Source of the DNA: an uncultured delta proteobacterium
GTDB taxonomy: Bacteria; Myxococcota_A; Polyangia; Polyangiales; Polyangiaceae
Assembly (NCBI GenBank): GCA_963716725.1
Contig: CAVQUB010000011.1
Coordinates: forward strand, 448,001-512,000
Direction of reading: 5' to 3'
DNA length: 64,000 bases
Part shown: one piece after another, positions 1 through 9,656 of the stretch
Position numbering within the stretch: the stretch's first letter is position 1
Layout of the letters: each line of letters starts with the position of its first letter
Notes under the pieces: model-generated
The model's database searches: none
Seen by the model: only the letters and a program-made list of their open reading frames with translations
What the model was told of the DNA's origin: nothing
Translations under genes and position numbers: made by a program

Positions 1-2
1 GG

Positions 3-488
3 TTCTTCTTCTTGAACACCGAGAGCGACTTCGCCCCCGGCTCGGCGCAGTTTGCGTGGTTCGAGACCCAGTTGGCCGACGCGGCCCAGAAGCCCGGATA
101 CCGGGCCAGCATCGTCACCATGCACCGGCCCTTGCTCACCTGTGGCGACACCAGCCAGTCTGACGACGCGCGCGCCGCGCTCCAGCCCATGTTCGAGAAG
201 CACGGCGTGAAGCTGGTGGTGCAAGGGCACATGCACGGGTACGAACGCTTCGAAGTTCCGACCAGCGCCGATCCGACCCGGACCGTCACCTATCTGACCG
301 TGGGCGGCGGCGGCGGCTCCATCGGAGACGTCGACGAGAACGCCGACCGTCCGACCTGCGCCATGCGCAAGAGCTCGGGGGCGTTCTTCCAGGTGACGAT
401 GCTCGAAGTCGGTGCGAATTCCATCAAGGGGCGCACGCTCGACGAGACCGGCGCCGAGCGCGATGCCTTCGAGCAACCCCTGCCCTGA
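3..488 (+). CDS. Metallophosphoesterase (purple acid phosphatase-like), 5'-partial
   Basis: Motifs MHRP and GHMHGYER, plus YLTVGGGG, typical of the calcineurin-like phosphoesterase C-terminus; the frame is open from the window edge. Confidence 0.8.
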   Translation, partial: FFFLNTESDFAPGSAQFAWFETQLADAAQKPGYRASIVTMHRPLLTCGDTSQSDDARAALQPMFEKHGVKLVVQGHMHGYERFEVPTSADPTRTVTYLTVGGGGGSIGDVDENADRPTCAMRKSSGAFFQVTMLEVGANSIKGRTLDETGAERDAFEQPLP

Positions 489-489
489 G

Positions 490-2502
490 TCAGAGCGTCG
501 CGTCGAACTTCAGGGTCGAGGTGCGCTGGCGAAGCTCGGCGTCGAGGGTCTGCTTCTCGCGCCGGGCTTGCTCGAGCTCCGCGCTCAGGCGAGCGAGCGC
601 GTCTTCGTCGCGAGTCAGATCGGCGACGTAGCGCTCGCGCAGGCGTTGTTCGTCCCGCGAGTCGCGTAGCGACGACAGGTTCTCGCGCACGCGGGCCTGT
701 TTCTCGCCAATTTCGTTGATTTGCACCTGCAGCTCCCCCTGGCGCCGCGTGGACTCGGCGACGCGCTCGTTCAGCGAAACGATCTCGCCAAGCGCCTCGT
801 GTGCTGCCGGACTCAGGTAGCGGCTGGCAACCCAGACCTTGAGCTGGTCGCGCGTGGTGTGGGTCAGGTACACGCTCTCCCATTGGTCCCCCTGCTCGGT
901 GACGACGAAGCGGGTCTCACCCTTGGCCGACGCGTCGAAACGGAAGCGCTGGAAGCTCTCCGTCGTCTCGAGAGGCTTCGGCGTGTCGACCAGCTTCCAC
1001 TGGGGCTCGAAGCGATGTTCGAGAAATAGATCCATGACGGCGGCGGTCTTGTTCGTGACCCGGTAGATGGTACGCGCGATCTTGTAGCGCAAGAGATGAA
1101 GCACTCCGTTGACGATGCGCACGGCGTTCACGTCTCTCACGTCGCTCTCGTGATCGACGGCGACCACGCAGCCGAGCTCCACCGAGTAGGGCACCAGGCG
1201 CTTCTCGCCGGGCTTCATGGTTTCGAGCATGGACTCGCCGACGTAGTCCTCGTTCTCGAGCACCGTCAGCGGCCCGCCTTCGAGCGTCAACCCGGTGGTG
1301 TTCTCGAGCCAGATGGCCGAGAGCGGGTTCTTGTCACGCACGTCGGGGTTGTAGATGGCCACCCGCTTGCCGCTGAGCGCCGCCGCGAGGATCGGCACCA
1401 GCGCCGACTGGTTGCGCTTCACCGTCACCGGCCGATCCAAGACGTACTGGAAGAGATCGCCCACCTCTACCGTGCGGGTCTGCACTTGCACGCTGCGCTC
1501 GCGCGCCTGCGATCGCTGCGCGGGCGACGGCGGCCCCATGGCCGCGGGGGCGGGGGCTGCGCGGGCCATGCCCGGCATGGGGGGAGGCGGCGGTGGGCGG
1601 TGCATGGCCGGCGCCGCACCGCGGGAAAAGGCCATCGCCTCGTCGGCCGCTCCCGCGGTCTCGTACGCAGCCTGCTCCAAGATCGGCGGCGCGTAGGCCT
1701 CTTCCTCTCGAACCTCGACCACGGGGCGCCGGCGATGGCGGGGTGCATAGAGGTCGTGAACGAAGGAGATGGGCAGGCCCGCGACCAAGGTCAGCGCGAC
1801 GTCGTCCCAGTCCTCGTCCTGAGTGTTGTCGACGAGGGCCCAACCTTGGATGCGGGTCTCGGACTGGCCGAGCATCACCCGGTACGAGGTCTTCCAGACC
1901 GGGGTCTCCACGACGTAGCTCGCCTGCACGGGCCGAGAGCCGTCACCGCGGGCGAAGATCGTGAGGCGCTTCAGATCCTTCTTCTTGGCGCCGATCAGGA
2001 TCTCGAGCAGGTGCTGCAGATCCTTGCGCAGCCCTTCGTCGAGGAAATCGAGCGATTTGACCTCAGTCAACTCGAAGGTTCGGAGGCTCGAGCCGCCCAC
2101 CAGCAACACCAACTGGTGCTCGTGTAGGGAATCGTCGCCTGCCTTGCGCCAGCGCGTCTCGATGCCGGCGACCACGCCCTCGACGCGGTCGCTGCCCGCG
2201 ACCACCGCCACGCGCGCGCCCTTCACTTGCTCGAGCAAGCCGCTCAAGCTGTTGCCTTCGGGGAGCCGGATCGCCACGTCTTCCAGGCGCTTTTCCGTGG
2301 GCAAGGTCGATTCGTAGCTGATACTCGCGATGTGTCCCTCGCCGAGATCCAAGACCGTGAGGGACTTCAGCACGTCGTTCATCTCGGCGGCCTTGAAGGC
2401 GAGGTCGATGCTGGTGTCGCCCTCGACGTTTCCCTCGCGTTCGAAATATCCCACACCGTGCTTGAACAGGACCACCCGGCGGATCGGCAAGACATTCGTC
2501 AT
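490..2502 (-). CDS. DUF4139-family protein with C-terminal coiled coil
   Basis: N-terminus LPIRRVVLFKHGVGYFEREG, PVWKTSYR, GWALVDNTQDEDW; 670 aa ORF. Confidence 0.75.
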   Translation of the reverse strand: MTNVLPIRRVVLFKHGVGYFEREGNVEGDTSIDLAFKAAEMNDVLKSLTVLDLGEGHIASISYESTLPTEKRLEDVAIRLPEGNSLSGLLEQVKGARVAVVAGSDRVEGVVAGIETRWRKAGDDSLHEHQLVLLVGGSSLRTFELTEVKSLDFLDEGLRKDLQHLLEILIGAKKKDLKRLTIFARGDGSRPVQASYVVETPVWKTSYRVMLGQSETRIQGWALVDNTQDEDWDDVALTLVAGLPISFVHDLYAPRHRRRPVVEVREEEAYAPPILEQAAYETAGAADEAMAFSRGAAPAMHRPPPPPPMPGMARAAPAPAAMGPPSPAQRSQARERSVQVQTRTVEVGDLFQYVLDRPVTVKRNQSALVPILAAALSGKRVAIYNPDVRDKNPLSAIWLENTTGLTLEGGPLTVLENEDYVGESMLETMKPGEKRLVPYSVELGCVVAVDHESDVRDVNAVRIVNGVLHLLRYKIARTIYRVTNKTAAVMDLFLEHRFEPQWKLVDTPKPLETTESFQRFRFDASAKGETRFVVTEQGDQWESVYLTHTTRDQLKVWVASRYLSPAAHEALGEIVSLNERVAESTRRQGELQVQINEIGEKQARVRENLSSLRDSRDEQRLRERYVADLTRDEDALARLSAELEQARREKQTLDAELRQRTSTLKFDATL

Positions 2503-2538
2503 GGCGCCCGGAGGGTAACATTGGGCTATGCTGACTGC

Positions 2539-3045
2539 ATGAGAGGCTCGGTCCTGTTTGTGATCGTGGCGTGCCTCGGGGGTTGCAGTGCGAGCAGTGG
2601 CGGAGGAGGCGCCGGGGGCGCGGGCGGCGGCGGGGGTCAGGGAGCAACCCCGGGCGCGGGCTCCGGTGGGGGCGGCTCCGGAGGGGGCGGCTCCGGCACG
2701 GGCGCGACGGGCGCCGGGGCCGGCGAGATCGGTGAACCTTGCAGCTCGAACGCCGACTGCACGGCGGTCGCGGGGGCAGAGTGCTTCACCACCATCGGCG
2801 GGGGCCCCGTTCCGACGGTGACCTTTCCGGGCGGGTTCTGCTCGAAGGCCTGCGACACGCAGTCGAGCGACAAGGAGTGCGGCGAAGTCGCCGGCTGCGC
2901 ATCGATCGGACAGTCCGGCGGTGGCGCAAGCACGACGCTCACCATCTGCTCGCCGCCCTGCGCCTCGGACGCGGAGTGCCGCCAGTCCGAAGGGTACAAA
3001 TGCTTTCAGATCATCCCGGGCTTCGGGGTGTGCACGCCGCCCTAG
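2539..3045 (+). CDS. Cys-rich lipoprotein, hypothetical
   Basis: Signal peptide with lipobox-like LGGC, Gly-rich linker, IGEPCSSNADC...GGFCSKAC Cys domain; ATG at 2539 within ORF 2227..3045. Confidence 0.7.
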   Translation: MRGSVLFVIVACLGGCSASSGGGGAGGAGGGGGQGATPGAGSGGGGSGGGGSGTGATGAGAGEIGEPCSSNADCTAVAGAECFTTIGGGPVPTVTFPGGFCSKACDTQSSDKECGEVAGCASIGQSGGGASTTLTICSPPCASDAECRQSEGYKCFQIIPGFGVCTPP

Positions 3046-3071
3046 CCGGGCGAGCGCGCTGAGGAGATTAG

Positions 3072-6000
3072 ATGAACACCATCCGCAGATCGCGAATCAC
3101 GCTCGTATTTGCTGCACTCGTCGCCCTGAGCTGCGGAGGCAATCCCGAGGTGAACAACTCCAACACCGGTGGAGCCGGAGCGTTGGGTGGTAGCGGTGGG
3201 CTCTCGGGCAGCGGCGGGAGCGGCGGGAGCGGCGGAGGGATAGTCGTCGACAGCGGATCGGACGCGAGCGGAGGGGCGGGCGGCTGCAGCGACTGTGACG
3301 CAGCGCCGGTGTGCGGCGACGGCGTCATCGAAACGCCGGAGCTGTGCGACGACGGCAACGCCACGCCCGGCGACGGCTGCTCGGGCGTGTGCGCCATCGA
3401 GCCGGGGTACAGCTGTCTCAGCCCGGGCCAGCCCTGCGTCCCGGTCGCCGCCGTGTGCGGCGACGGCCTGATCAGCGGCAGCGAGGCCTGCGACGACGGC
3501 AACGCCACACCCGGCGATGGCTGCTCGGCGACCTGCAACGTGGAGCAGGGTTACGCCTGCTCCACCCCGGGAAAGCCCTGCACTCCGGTGACCACCGCGA
3601 AGTGCGGCGACGGCGCGGTGAACACCGGTGAGCAATGTGACGACGGCAACGCCACGCCGGGCGACGGATGCGACGGAGCGTGTCAGCTCGAGGCCGGATG
3701 GCTGTGCCCAACGCCGGGCCAACCCTGTGCAAAGAACGAGTACTGCGGGGACTCGATCGTGCAACCGACCAAGGGCGAGACCTGCGACGACGGCAACGCC
3801 ACGCCGGGCGACGGATGCTCCGGCGTGTGCGCGACCGAACCGGGATATTCGTGCATCAACCCCGGCAAGCCCTGCGTGCTGATCTGGGTGTGCGGGAACG
3901 GCAAGGTCGATCCGGGCGAGAGCTGCGACGACGGCAATACGAGCGCGGCGGACGGCTGCAGCGCCGACTGCACGCAGGTCGAGCCCGGGCACACCTGTCC
4001 GCCGACGGGCGGGCCTTGCTCCAAGGTTCCGCCAAACACCTGCGGAGACGGCATCGTCGCTGGGCTCGAGCAGTGCGACGACGGCAACACCGCGTCGAAC
4101 GACGGCTGCTCGACGACCTGCGCGGCCGAGCCGGGCTACAACTGCCCGACGCCCGGCAAGCTGTGCGTGCCCGTCGCGGTCTGCGGCAACAAGCTGCTCG
4201 AGGCCGGTGAGGGCTGCGACGACGGCAATACGACCGCGGGCGACGGCTGCGGGGTCAGCTGCCAGATCGAGCCGCTGTTCACCTGCCCGACGCCGGGTCA
4301 GCCCTGCGTGTCCACCGTCAAGTGCGGCGACTCCGTGGTGGCGGGCACGGAGCTGTGCGACGACGGCAACACCGTCTCGGCGGACGGGTGCAGCTCGACC
4401 TGCATGCTCGAGGCAGGATGGACCTGCCCGAACGCCGGAGCCAAATGCATCGCCAAGCAGTGCGGGGACGGCATCGTCGCGGGCCTGGAGCAGTGCGACG
4501 ACGGCAACCCAGCCTCGAACGACGGCTGCAGCAGCGCCTGCAAGCTCGAGGTCGGCTGGGCCTGCGTGCTGTCGGGCCAGAAGAGCGTGTGCCACCCGAC
4601 GGTGTGCGGCGACTCGATCAAGGAAGGCTTCGAGCAGTGCGACGACGGCAACAAGATCCCGTACGACGGCTGCTCGCCCTACTGCAAGGTCGACCCCGCC
4701 TGCGCCAACGGCCAGTGCACTCCGGTCTGCGGCGACGGCCTGAAGTTCCCGCAAGAAGGCTGCGATGACGGCAACAAGCAGAGCGGCGACGGCTGCTCGT
4801 CGACCTGCATCGTGGAGAACGGCTGGAGCTGCCAGGTGGTGACACAAGCGCCACCCAACCAGCTCGACATTCCGATCCTCTACCGCGACTTCCTGTACTA
4901 CGGCACGACCTCGCCGGGACCCGGGCACCCGGACTTCGAGCGCTACGGTTGCGCGACGCCAACGACGGCGCTGGTGCAGAGCACGCTGGGGACCGACGGC
5001 AAGCCGGTCTTCGCGTCCACGACAGGTGTGGGCGCGTGCGGCGTTCAGCTCACGGACGCAACGTCGTTCTGCTGGTGGTACCACGAGACAGGCTGCGCGG
5101 CGGGAGCGAACCCCTACTCCAAGCTGGTCTACACGACCAACGGACTGCCGACCGGATCGCCCACCCTGCTCACGTTGCTGAAGGGCACCGGCAACACCTA
5201 CCAGTTCAGCAGCTCGGCGTTCTTGCCGGTGAACAACCTCGGATGGGGCAACGCGCAGAACTACAACGGGGGCAACTTCGCCTTCACCAGCGAGCTGCGC
5301 TACGTGTTCACCTATCAGGGTGGCTCTACGCCCGAGGTCTTCGACTTCACCGGGGACGACGACGTCTGGGTCTTCATCAACGGCAAGCTCGCCGTCGACC
5401 TGGGCGGGTTGCACCCGCCCCAGAACGGCAGCATCACGCTGAACGCCGCCGCGGCGACCACCCTCGGCCTGACCGTCGGCGGCATGTACGAGATCGCGCT
5501 GTTCCAGGCCGAAAGGCACACCACCGGCTCGAACTACAAGCTCACGCTCAGCAACTTCGTGCACGCCATCTCGCAGTGCACGACCTTCTGCGGCGACGGA
5601 GTGGTCGCCGGCACCGAGGTCTGCGACGACGGCACCGCCAACAACACCGGCGCCTACGGCAAGTGCAACCAGAACTGCACGCGGGGGCCCTTCTGCGGCG
5701 ACGCGAGCGTGCAAGCGCCGCCCGAGACCTGCGACAACGGGAGCAACACGGTCACCTACGGCGGCAGCAGCCAGCAGTGCGGGCCCGGCTGCAAGTACGC
5801 GCCGTACTGCGGCGATGCGTTGGTCTCCAACGGCGAGCAGTGTGACAACGGCACCGCCAACAACACCGGCGCCTACGGCAAATGCGGCCCCGGCTGCACC
5901 CTGGGACCGCGCTGCGGCGACAGCGCTCTGCAAGCGGGCAACGGTGAAGAGTGCGACGATGGCGCGAGCAACGGCGCCACCAGCAGCGCCTGCAGCGCCA

Positions 6001-6851
6001 CTTGCAAGCTGAAGTGCGGCAACGGAGCCCCCGATCCCGGTGAGGAGTGCGATGACGGCACGGCTGGCAACACCGGTGGCTACGGCAAGTGCAACCCAAA
6101 CTGCACCTCCGGTCCGCGCTGCGGCGACGGCGTGAAGAACGGCAGCGAGCAGTGCGACGACGGCAAGAACGACGGCAGCTACGGCAGCTGCGCCCCCGGC
6201 TGTGTGCTGGCCAACTACTGCGGCGACGCCAAGCTCACGAACCCGCCCGAGACCTGCGATCAGGGCCCGAGCAACAGCGCCTCGGCCTACGGCAGCGGGC
6301 TGTGCACCAACGCCTGCATGCCGGCGCCCTTCTGCGGCAACAAAGCGGTCGACGGCGCCTTCGGCGAGCAGTGCGACGACGGCAAGAACAACGGCCAGGC
6401 CGGCTCGTGCAGCTCGGACTGCAAGAAGCACATCCCGCTGCAGAGCTGCGGCGACGGCACGGTGCAGCCGCCGGAGGAGTGCGACAAGGGCTCGGCCAAC
6501 GGGTCTCAGGCCAGCGGCTGCGATCTGCACTGCCACCTGCGCTGCGGCAACGGAGTCAAAGACAGCGGCGAGCAGTGCGACAACGGGGTCAACGACGGCA
6601 GCTACGGCAGCTGTAACCCCGACTGCACGCTGCCGGGGTATTGCGGCGACGGCATCAAGAACGGGCCAGAGAAGTGCGACAACGGCACCGCCAACGCGCC
6701 GCCGGGCTCAGCCTACGGCGGCGGAGTCTGCACCACGAGCTGCCAGTGGGGGCCCTTCTGCGGCGACGGCTACGTGCAGGGCTCCTTCGGCGAGCAGTGC
6801 GACGGCACCAGCGGCTGCAACTCGAGCTGCAAGTGGAGCAACCCGAAGTAG
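3072..6851 (+). CDS. Large lipoprotein with Myxococcus Cys-rich (DUF4215-like) repeats and a central fibro-slime (PA14-like) domain
   Basis: Lipobox ALSC; about 11 CGDG...CDDGN repeats before and about 12 after a domain containing YRDF, HPDFE, NFAFTSE, FTGDDDVWVFINGKLAVDLGGLH and FQAERHTTGSNY. Confidence 0.9.
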   Translation: MNTIRRSRITLVFAALVALSCGGNPEVNNSNTGGAGALGGSGGLSGSGGSGGSGGGIVVDSGSDASGGAGGCSDCDAAPVCGDGVIETPELCDDGNATPGDGCSGVCAIEPGYSCLSPGQPCVPVAAVCGDGLISGSEACDDGNATPGDGCSATCNVEQGYACSTPGKPCTPVTTAKCGDGAVNTGEQCDDGNATPGDGCDGACQLEAGWLCPTPGQPCAKNEYCGDSIVQPTKGETCDDGNATPGDGCSGVCATEPGYSCINPGKPCVLIWVCGNGKVDPGESCDDGNTSAADGCSADCTQVEPGHTCPPTGGPCSKVPPNTCGDGIVAGLEQCDDGNTASNDGCSTTCAAEPGYNCPTPGKLCVPVAVCGNKLLEAGEGCDDGNTTAGDGCGVSCQIEPLFTCPTPGQPCVSTVKCGDSVVAGTELCDDGNTVSADGCSSTCMLEAGWTCPNAGAKCIAKQCGDGIVAGLEQCDDGNPASNDGCSSACKLEVGWACVLSGQKSVCHPTVCGDSIKEGFEQCDDGNKIPYDGCSPYCKVDPACANGQCTPVCGDGLKFPQEGCDDGNKQSGDGCSSTCIVENGWSCQVVTQAPPNQLDIPILYRDFLYYGTTSPGPGHPDFERYGCATPTTALVQSTLGTDGKPVFASTTGVGACGVQLTDATSFCWWYHETGCAAGANPYSKLVYTTNGLPTGSPTLLTLLKGTGNTYQFSSSAFLPVNNLGWGNAQNYNGGNFAFTSELRYVFTYQGGSTPEVFDFTGDDDVWVFINGKLAVDLGGLHPPQNGSITLNAAAATTLGLTVGGMYEIALFQAERHTTGSNYKLTLSNFVHAISQCTTFCGDGVVAGTEVCDDGTANNTGAYGKCNQNCTRGPFCGDASVQAPPETCDNGSNTVTYGGSSQQCGPGCKYAPYCGDALVSNGEQCDNGTANNTGAYGKCGPGCTLGPRCGDSALQAGNGEECDDGASNGATSSACSATCKLKCGNGAPDPGEECDDGTAGNTGGYGKCNPNCTSGPRCGDGVKNGSEQCDDGKNDGSYGSCAPGCVLANYCGDAKLTNPPETCDQGPSNSASAYGSGLCTNACMPAPFCGNKAVDGAFGEQCDDGKNNGQAGSCSSDCKKHIPLQSCGDGTVQPPEECDKGSANGSQASGCDLHCHLRCGNGVKDSGEQCDNGVNDGSYGSCNPDCTLPGYCGDGIKNGPEKCDNGTANAPPGSAYGGGVCTTSCQWGPFCGDGYVQGSFGEQCDGTSGCNSSCKWSNPK

Positions 6852-6921
6852 GGCCGCAGGACGCGGCCCTCATCCGACGTTGGCACGTGGGCGGCACGTA
6901 TGGGCAGGTCGGCGTGGCGGA

Positions 6922-7647
6922 TCAGTTGAGCGTGAGCTTGATCGACACGTAGTTAGTTTGATTCGGCGGCGTCAATGAAACCGGTCCCGAACCCGTGGCG
7001 AAGTCGATGCCCATGCTGGGCCCCGGAGGCCAGATCAGCTTCGAAGAGTCCTCTTCCGTGATCTCCAACATCAACCGGTACTGCCCGTCCGCGACGGGTT
7101 GATGGTTGACGTCGGTGCAGTCCCAGTCTGCGAAGCGCGCGCCGTGACTGGTCGAGGTCGCCGCTGTGATGGCATCTACCTTGTTGCCCTTGGACGCGGC
7201 GTTCCATTTCATCAGGTTAACGATGCGCTTGCCCGCCCACACTCTGAGCGACTTCACGAACTGGCCGGAGGCGGTCGTGACCCACACCGCGCCAATGTTC
7301 TTGGGAGAGTACTTGCCGTGGTACGTGAGCGTCGTGAACTCGACGTGCATCGCGCACGGGCCGCTCGACGTGCCACCGCCGGAACCGCCTCCGCCACTCG
7401 ACCCGCCCTGAGCCACGCCGCCACCCCCGGGAGAACCCGCGGCCGCGGCACTGCCCCCCGAGCCTGCGGAGCCCCCAAAACTGCCGCCCCCTTCTCCGCC
7501 GCCCCCGGCGGGCTGACCTCCGGCGCCTGCCACACCGGCGCCCCCGAGTTCGTGACTCGGCGTCCAAAACGCAGGGTCGCCTTCGGCCACGGCGCAACCG
7601 GTCACAATCACCACCGCGAAGGTGGCAGCTTGGGGTCTGAAGGCCAT
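6922..7647 (-). CDS. DUF2271 domain lipoprotein (putative flavinylation substrate)
   Basis: Lipobox VTGC, Gly linker, AVWVTTASGQFVKSL...VDAITAAT...DWDCTD...VADGQYRL pattern of DUF2271. Confidence 0.75.
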   Translation of the reverse strand: MAFRPQAATFAVVIVTGCAVAEGDPAFWTPSHELGGAGVAGAGGQPAGGGGEGGGSFGGSAGSGGSAAAAGSPGGGGVAQGGSSGGGGSGGGTSSGPCAMHVEFTTLTYHGKYSPKNIGAVWVTTASGQFVKSLRVWAGKRIVNLMKWNAASKGNKVDAITAATSTSHGARFADWDCTDVNHQPVADGQYRLMLEITEEDSSKLIWPPGPSMGIDFATGSGPVSLTPPNQTNYVSIKLTLN

Positions 7648-7671
7648 GGCACGCGGCGCCCGAACGCGGCT

Positions 7672-7932
7672 ATGCTCCCCCACCTTCTCTTGCTGGTCAA
7701 CCTCTCCCGCATAGCGCGACCGCGGCTGATTCTCGTCGCACTGAGTCTCGCAGCCTTCGCAGCATTCGCAGCGGGGTGCAGCAACGTGGCGGCCTATCAG
7801 CGTCAGCGCCTGGCGCATCCCACCATGACCTCCTCATTCGGTCAGAGCGACGCTTTGGCGCACGTTCGTGCCGTGCAAGAAGGTGCCATCGGCGGTGAGA
7901 TGGGCGCCTCCTCCGGCTGCGGCTGCAACTAG
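7672..7932 (+). CDS. DUF4266 domain lipoprotein
   Basis: AAGC lipobox, VAAYQRQRLAHPTM and the diagnostic C-terminal GCGCN; exact start uncertain. Confidence 0.85.
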   Translation: MLPHLLLLVNLSRIARPRLILVALSLAAFAAFAAGCSNVAAYQRQRLAHPTMTSSFGQSDALAHVRAVQEGAIGGEMGASSGCGCN

Positions 7933-7941
7933 GCGTTTCAG

Positions 7942-9141
7942 ATGGTCTCCACGGCACCGGGGCGAGCGATGCCCATCTTCGCCGCCGTGCTCGCGACGCT
8001 GATGGTTGGATCCGTTGGGGCACAGGAGGCGCGCAGCAGCGTCACCACCGAGGTGAAGGGTGAGTTCGCCGCCTACACTGACACTGATTCGGTGAGTGTC
8101 GTGTCGCCCTCGACGGGCGTGAAGCTTCACGACGCGTCGAGCGGTTGGCAAGCGAGTGGCAGCTACTTGATCGACGTCGTGTCCGCTGCTTCGGTCGACA
8201 TCGTTTCCACCGCCAGCGGCCGGTGGAACGAGGTCCGACATGCTGCCAGCTTGCAAGCGGGGTACAAGCCGTACGACCTTGGCGGCACGGTGAGCGGATC
8301 GGTGTCCCGGGAGCCCGACTACCTGTCGCTCACGGGAGGAGGGGGAGTCTCGTGGGACTTCGTCCGCAAGACCGTCATGCCTTCGGCGACCTATTCGTTC
8401 ACTCACGACATCGCAGGTCGCGCGGGGACCCCCTTCGAGGTCTACTCGCTCGAGCTCGACCGCCACTCGCTCGGGGCGCGTCTCGAGCTCGTGATCAACC
8501 GCGAGTCCCTGCTAGACGTGGGCGTGGATGCCGGATTCGAGGTGGGTCACCAGGAGAAGCCGTACCGCTACGTTCCCCTTTTTGCGCCCGATATCGTGTC
8601 GGCGATTGGCGCCGGCATGCCGGTGGACGCCGTCAATGCCGCTCGCCTACCGGGACGCACCGAGGAGCGACTGCCCACGACGCGGCAACGTTACGCGTTC
8701 AGCGCACGATTCGCCCAGCGCCTCGCGGACAGCACGTTCTTGATTGACCAGCGTCTGTACGCGGACTCGTGGGGAGTGAAAGCCAGCACGACTAACCTGC
8801 GAGTCGTCTTCGACCTCTCGCGCCGCGTCAACATCTGGCCCGAACTGCGTTTCCATGCCCAGTCTGGCGCATCGTTCTGGCGCCTTGCCTATGCAGGAAG
8901 CCTGGCTTCCGACGGAACGCTCACCGTACCCGCGCTGCGGACGGGCGACCGAGAGCTCAGCCCTCTGACCTCCGGCTCGGGCGGGGCTGGATTGCATTTG
9001 AATCTCGGGAGCGCCGCCGATCCCACCGAACTCGGCTTCACGCTGCTGGCTCAATCGATCGCGACACGGTACACCGACGCCCTGTTCATCACCCAGCGCT
9101 TCGGCTTCTTTAGCGCCGTACAAGCGGAGGCCAAGTTCTGA
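7942..9141 (+). CDS. DUF3570 domain protein (probable outer-membrane beta-barrel)
   Basis: Signal peptide, DVVSAASVD, SREPDYLS, RLYADSWGV, TGDRELS, C-terminal Phe; follows DUF4266 as in known clusters. Confidence 0.85.
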   Translation: MVSTAPGRAMPIFAAVLATLMVGSVGAQEARSSVTTEVKGEFAAYTDTDSVSVVSPSTGVKLHDASSGWQASGSYLIDVVSAASVDIVSTASGRWNEVRHAASLQAGYKPYDLGGTVSGSVSREPDYLSLTGGGGVSWDFVRKTVMPSATYSFTHDIAGRAGTPFEVYSLELDRHSLGARLELVINRESLLDVGVDAGFEVGHQEKPYRYVPLFAPDIVSAIGAGMPVDAVNAARLPGRTEERLPTTRQRYAFSARFAQRLADSTFLIDQRLYADSWGVKASTTNLRVVFDLSRRVNIWPELRFHAQSGASFWRLAYAGSLASDGTLTVPALRTGDRELSPLTSGSGGAGLHLNLGSAADPTELGFTLLAQSIATRYTDALFITQRFGFFSAVQAEAKF

Positions 9142-9656
9142 TGCGCAGAACTCTCGCGGGCTTGCTCTGTGCGGCTGCGCTCTCTGCCGCCTGCGCTGAT
9201 CCCGAACACACCGACGCCGTCGACGCACTCGGCCCCGAGGCGCCGGGCGTGGCCCCGGGGCCGCTGCACCGACCCGGGCAACCCTGCCTGACCTGCCACG
9301 GTGGCAAAGGTCCGGGCCACGTCGAGTTCAGCATCGCGGGCACCTTGTACAAATATGCGGATACCGCCGAGCCGTTAGCCAATGCCATCGTGCGCTTGCA
9401 GGACCACTCCGGCCTGCGCACCTTCACCGGCACGAACTGCGCGGGGAACTTCTTCGTGCAGAAGACCGACTTCGCTCTGGCGTTTCCCGTATGGACGCGC
9501 ATTGAGTTTGGCGGTTCGACACTCGACATGAGCACACCCATCTTCGCTGAAGGTTCGTGCGCGCATTGCCATTTCGATCCGCCTGGAGAAAGCTCCGTCG
9601 GGCACGTCTACTTCGCTCCGGTGGGCCTGCCGCTGTCCGGAGGCGATTGCCCATGA
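9141..9656 (+). CDS. Di-heme c-type cytochrome lipoprotein
   Basis: Lipobox SAAC; two CxxCH motifs (CLTCH, CAHCH); start overlaps the DUF3570 stop (TGATG). Confidence 0.75.
   Translation: MRRTLAGLLCAAALSAACADPEHTDAVDALGPEAPGVAPGPLHRPGQPCLTCHGGKGPGHVEFSIAGTLYKYADTAEPLANAIVRLQDHSGLRTFTGTNCAGNFFVQKTDFALAFPVWTRIEFGGSTLDMSTPIFAEGSCAHCHFDPPGESSVGHVYFAPVGLPLSGGDCP

Noticed and set aside
3042..6536. 1164-aa ORF antisense to the fibro-slime gene, and similar long shadow ORFs (23020..25251, 24375..27014, 51949..54915, 34128..36407)
   Set aside because: Stop-poor antisense or alternate frames typical of high-GC genes; the opposite frame carries recognisable domains
3072..6851. Possible TraA kin-recognition receptor
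   Set aside because: It is a lipoprotein with a central domain, has no MYXO-CTERM tail, and no traB (OmpA-like) gene follows
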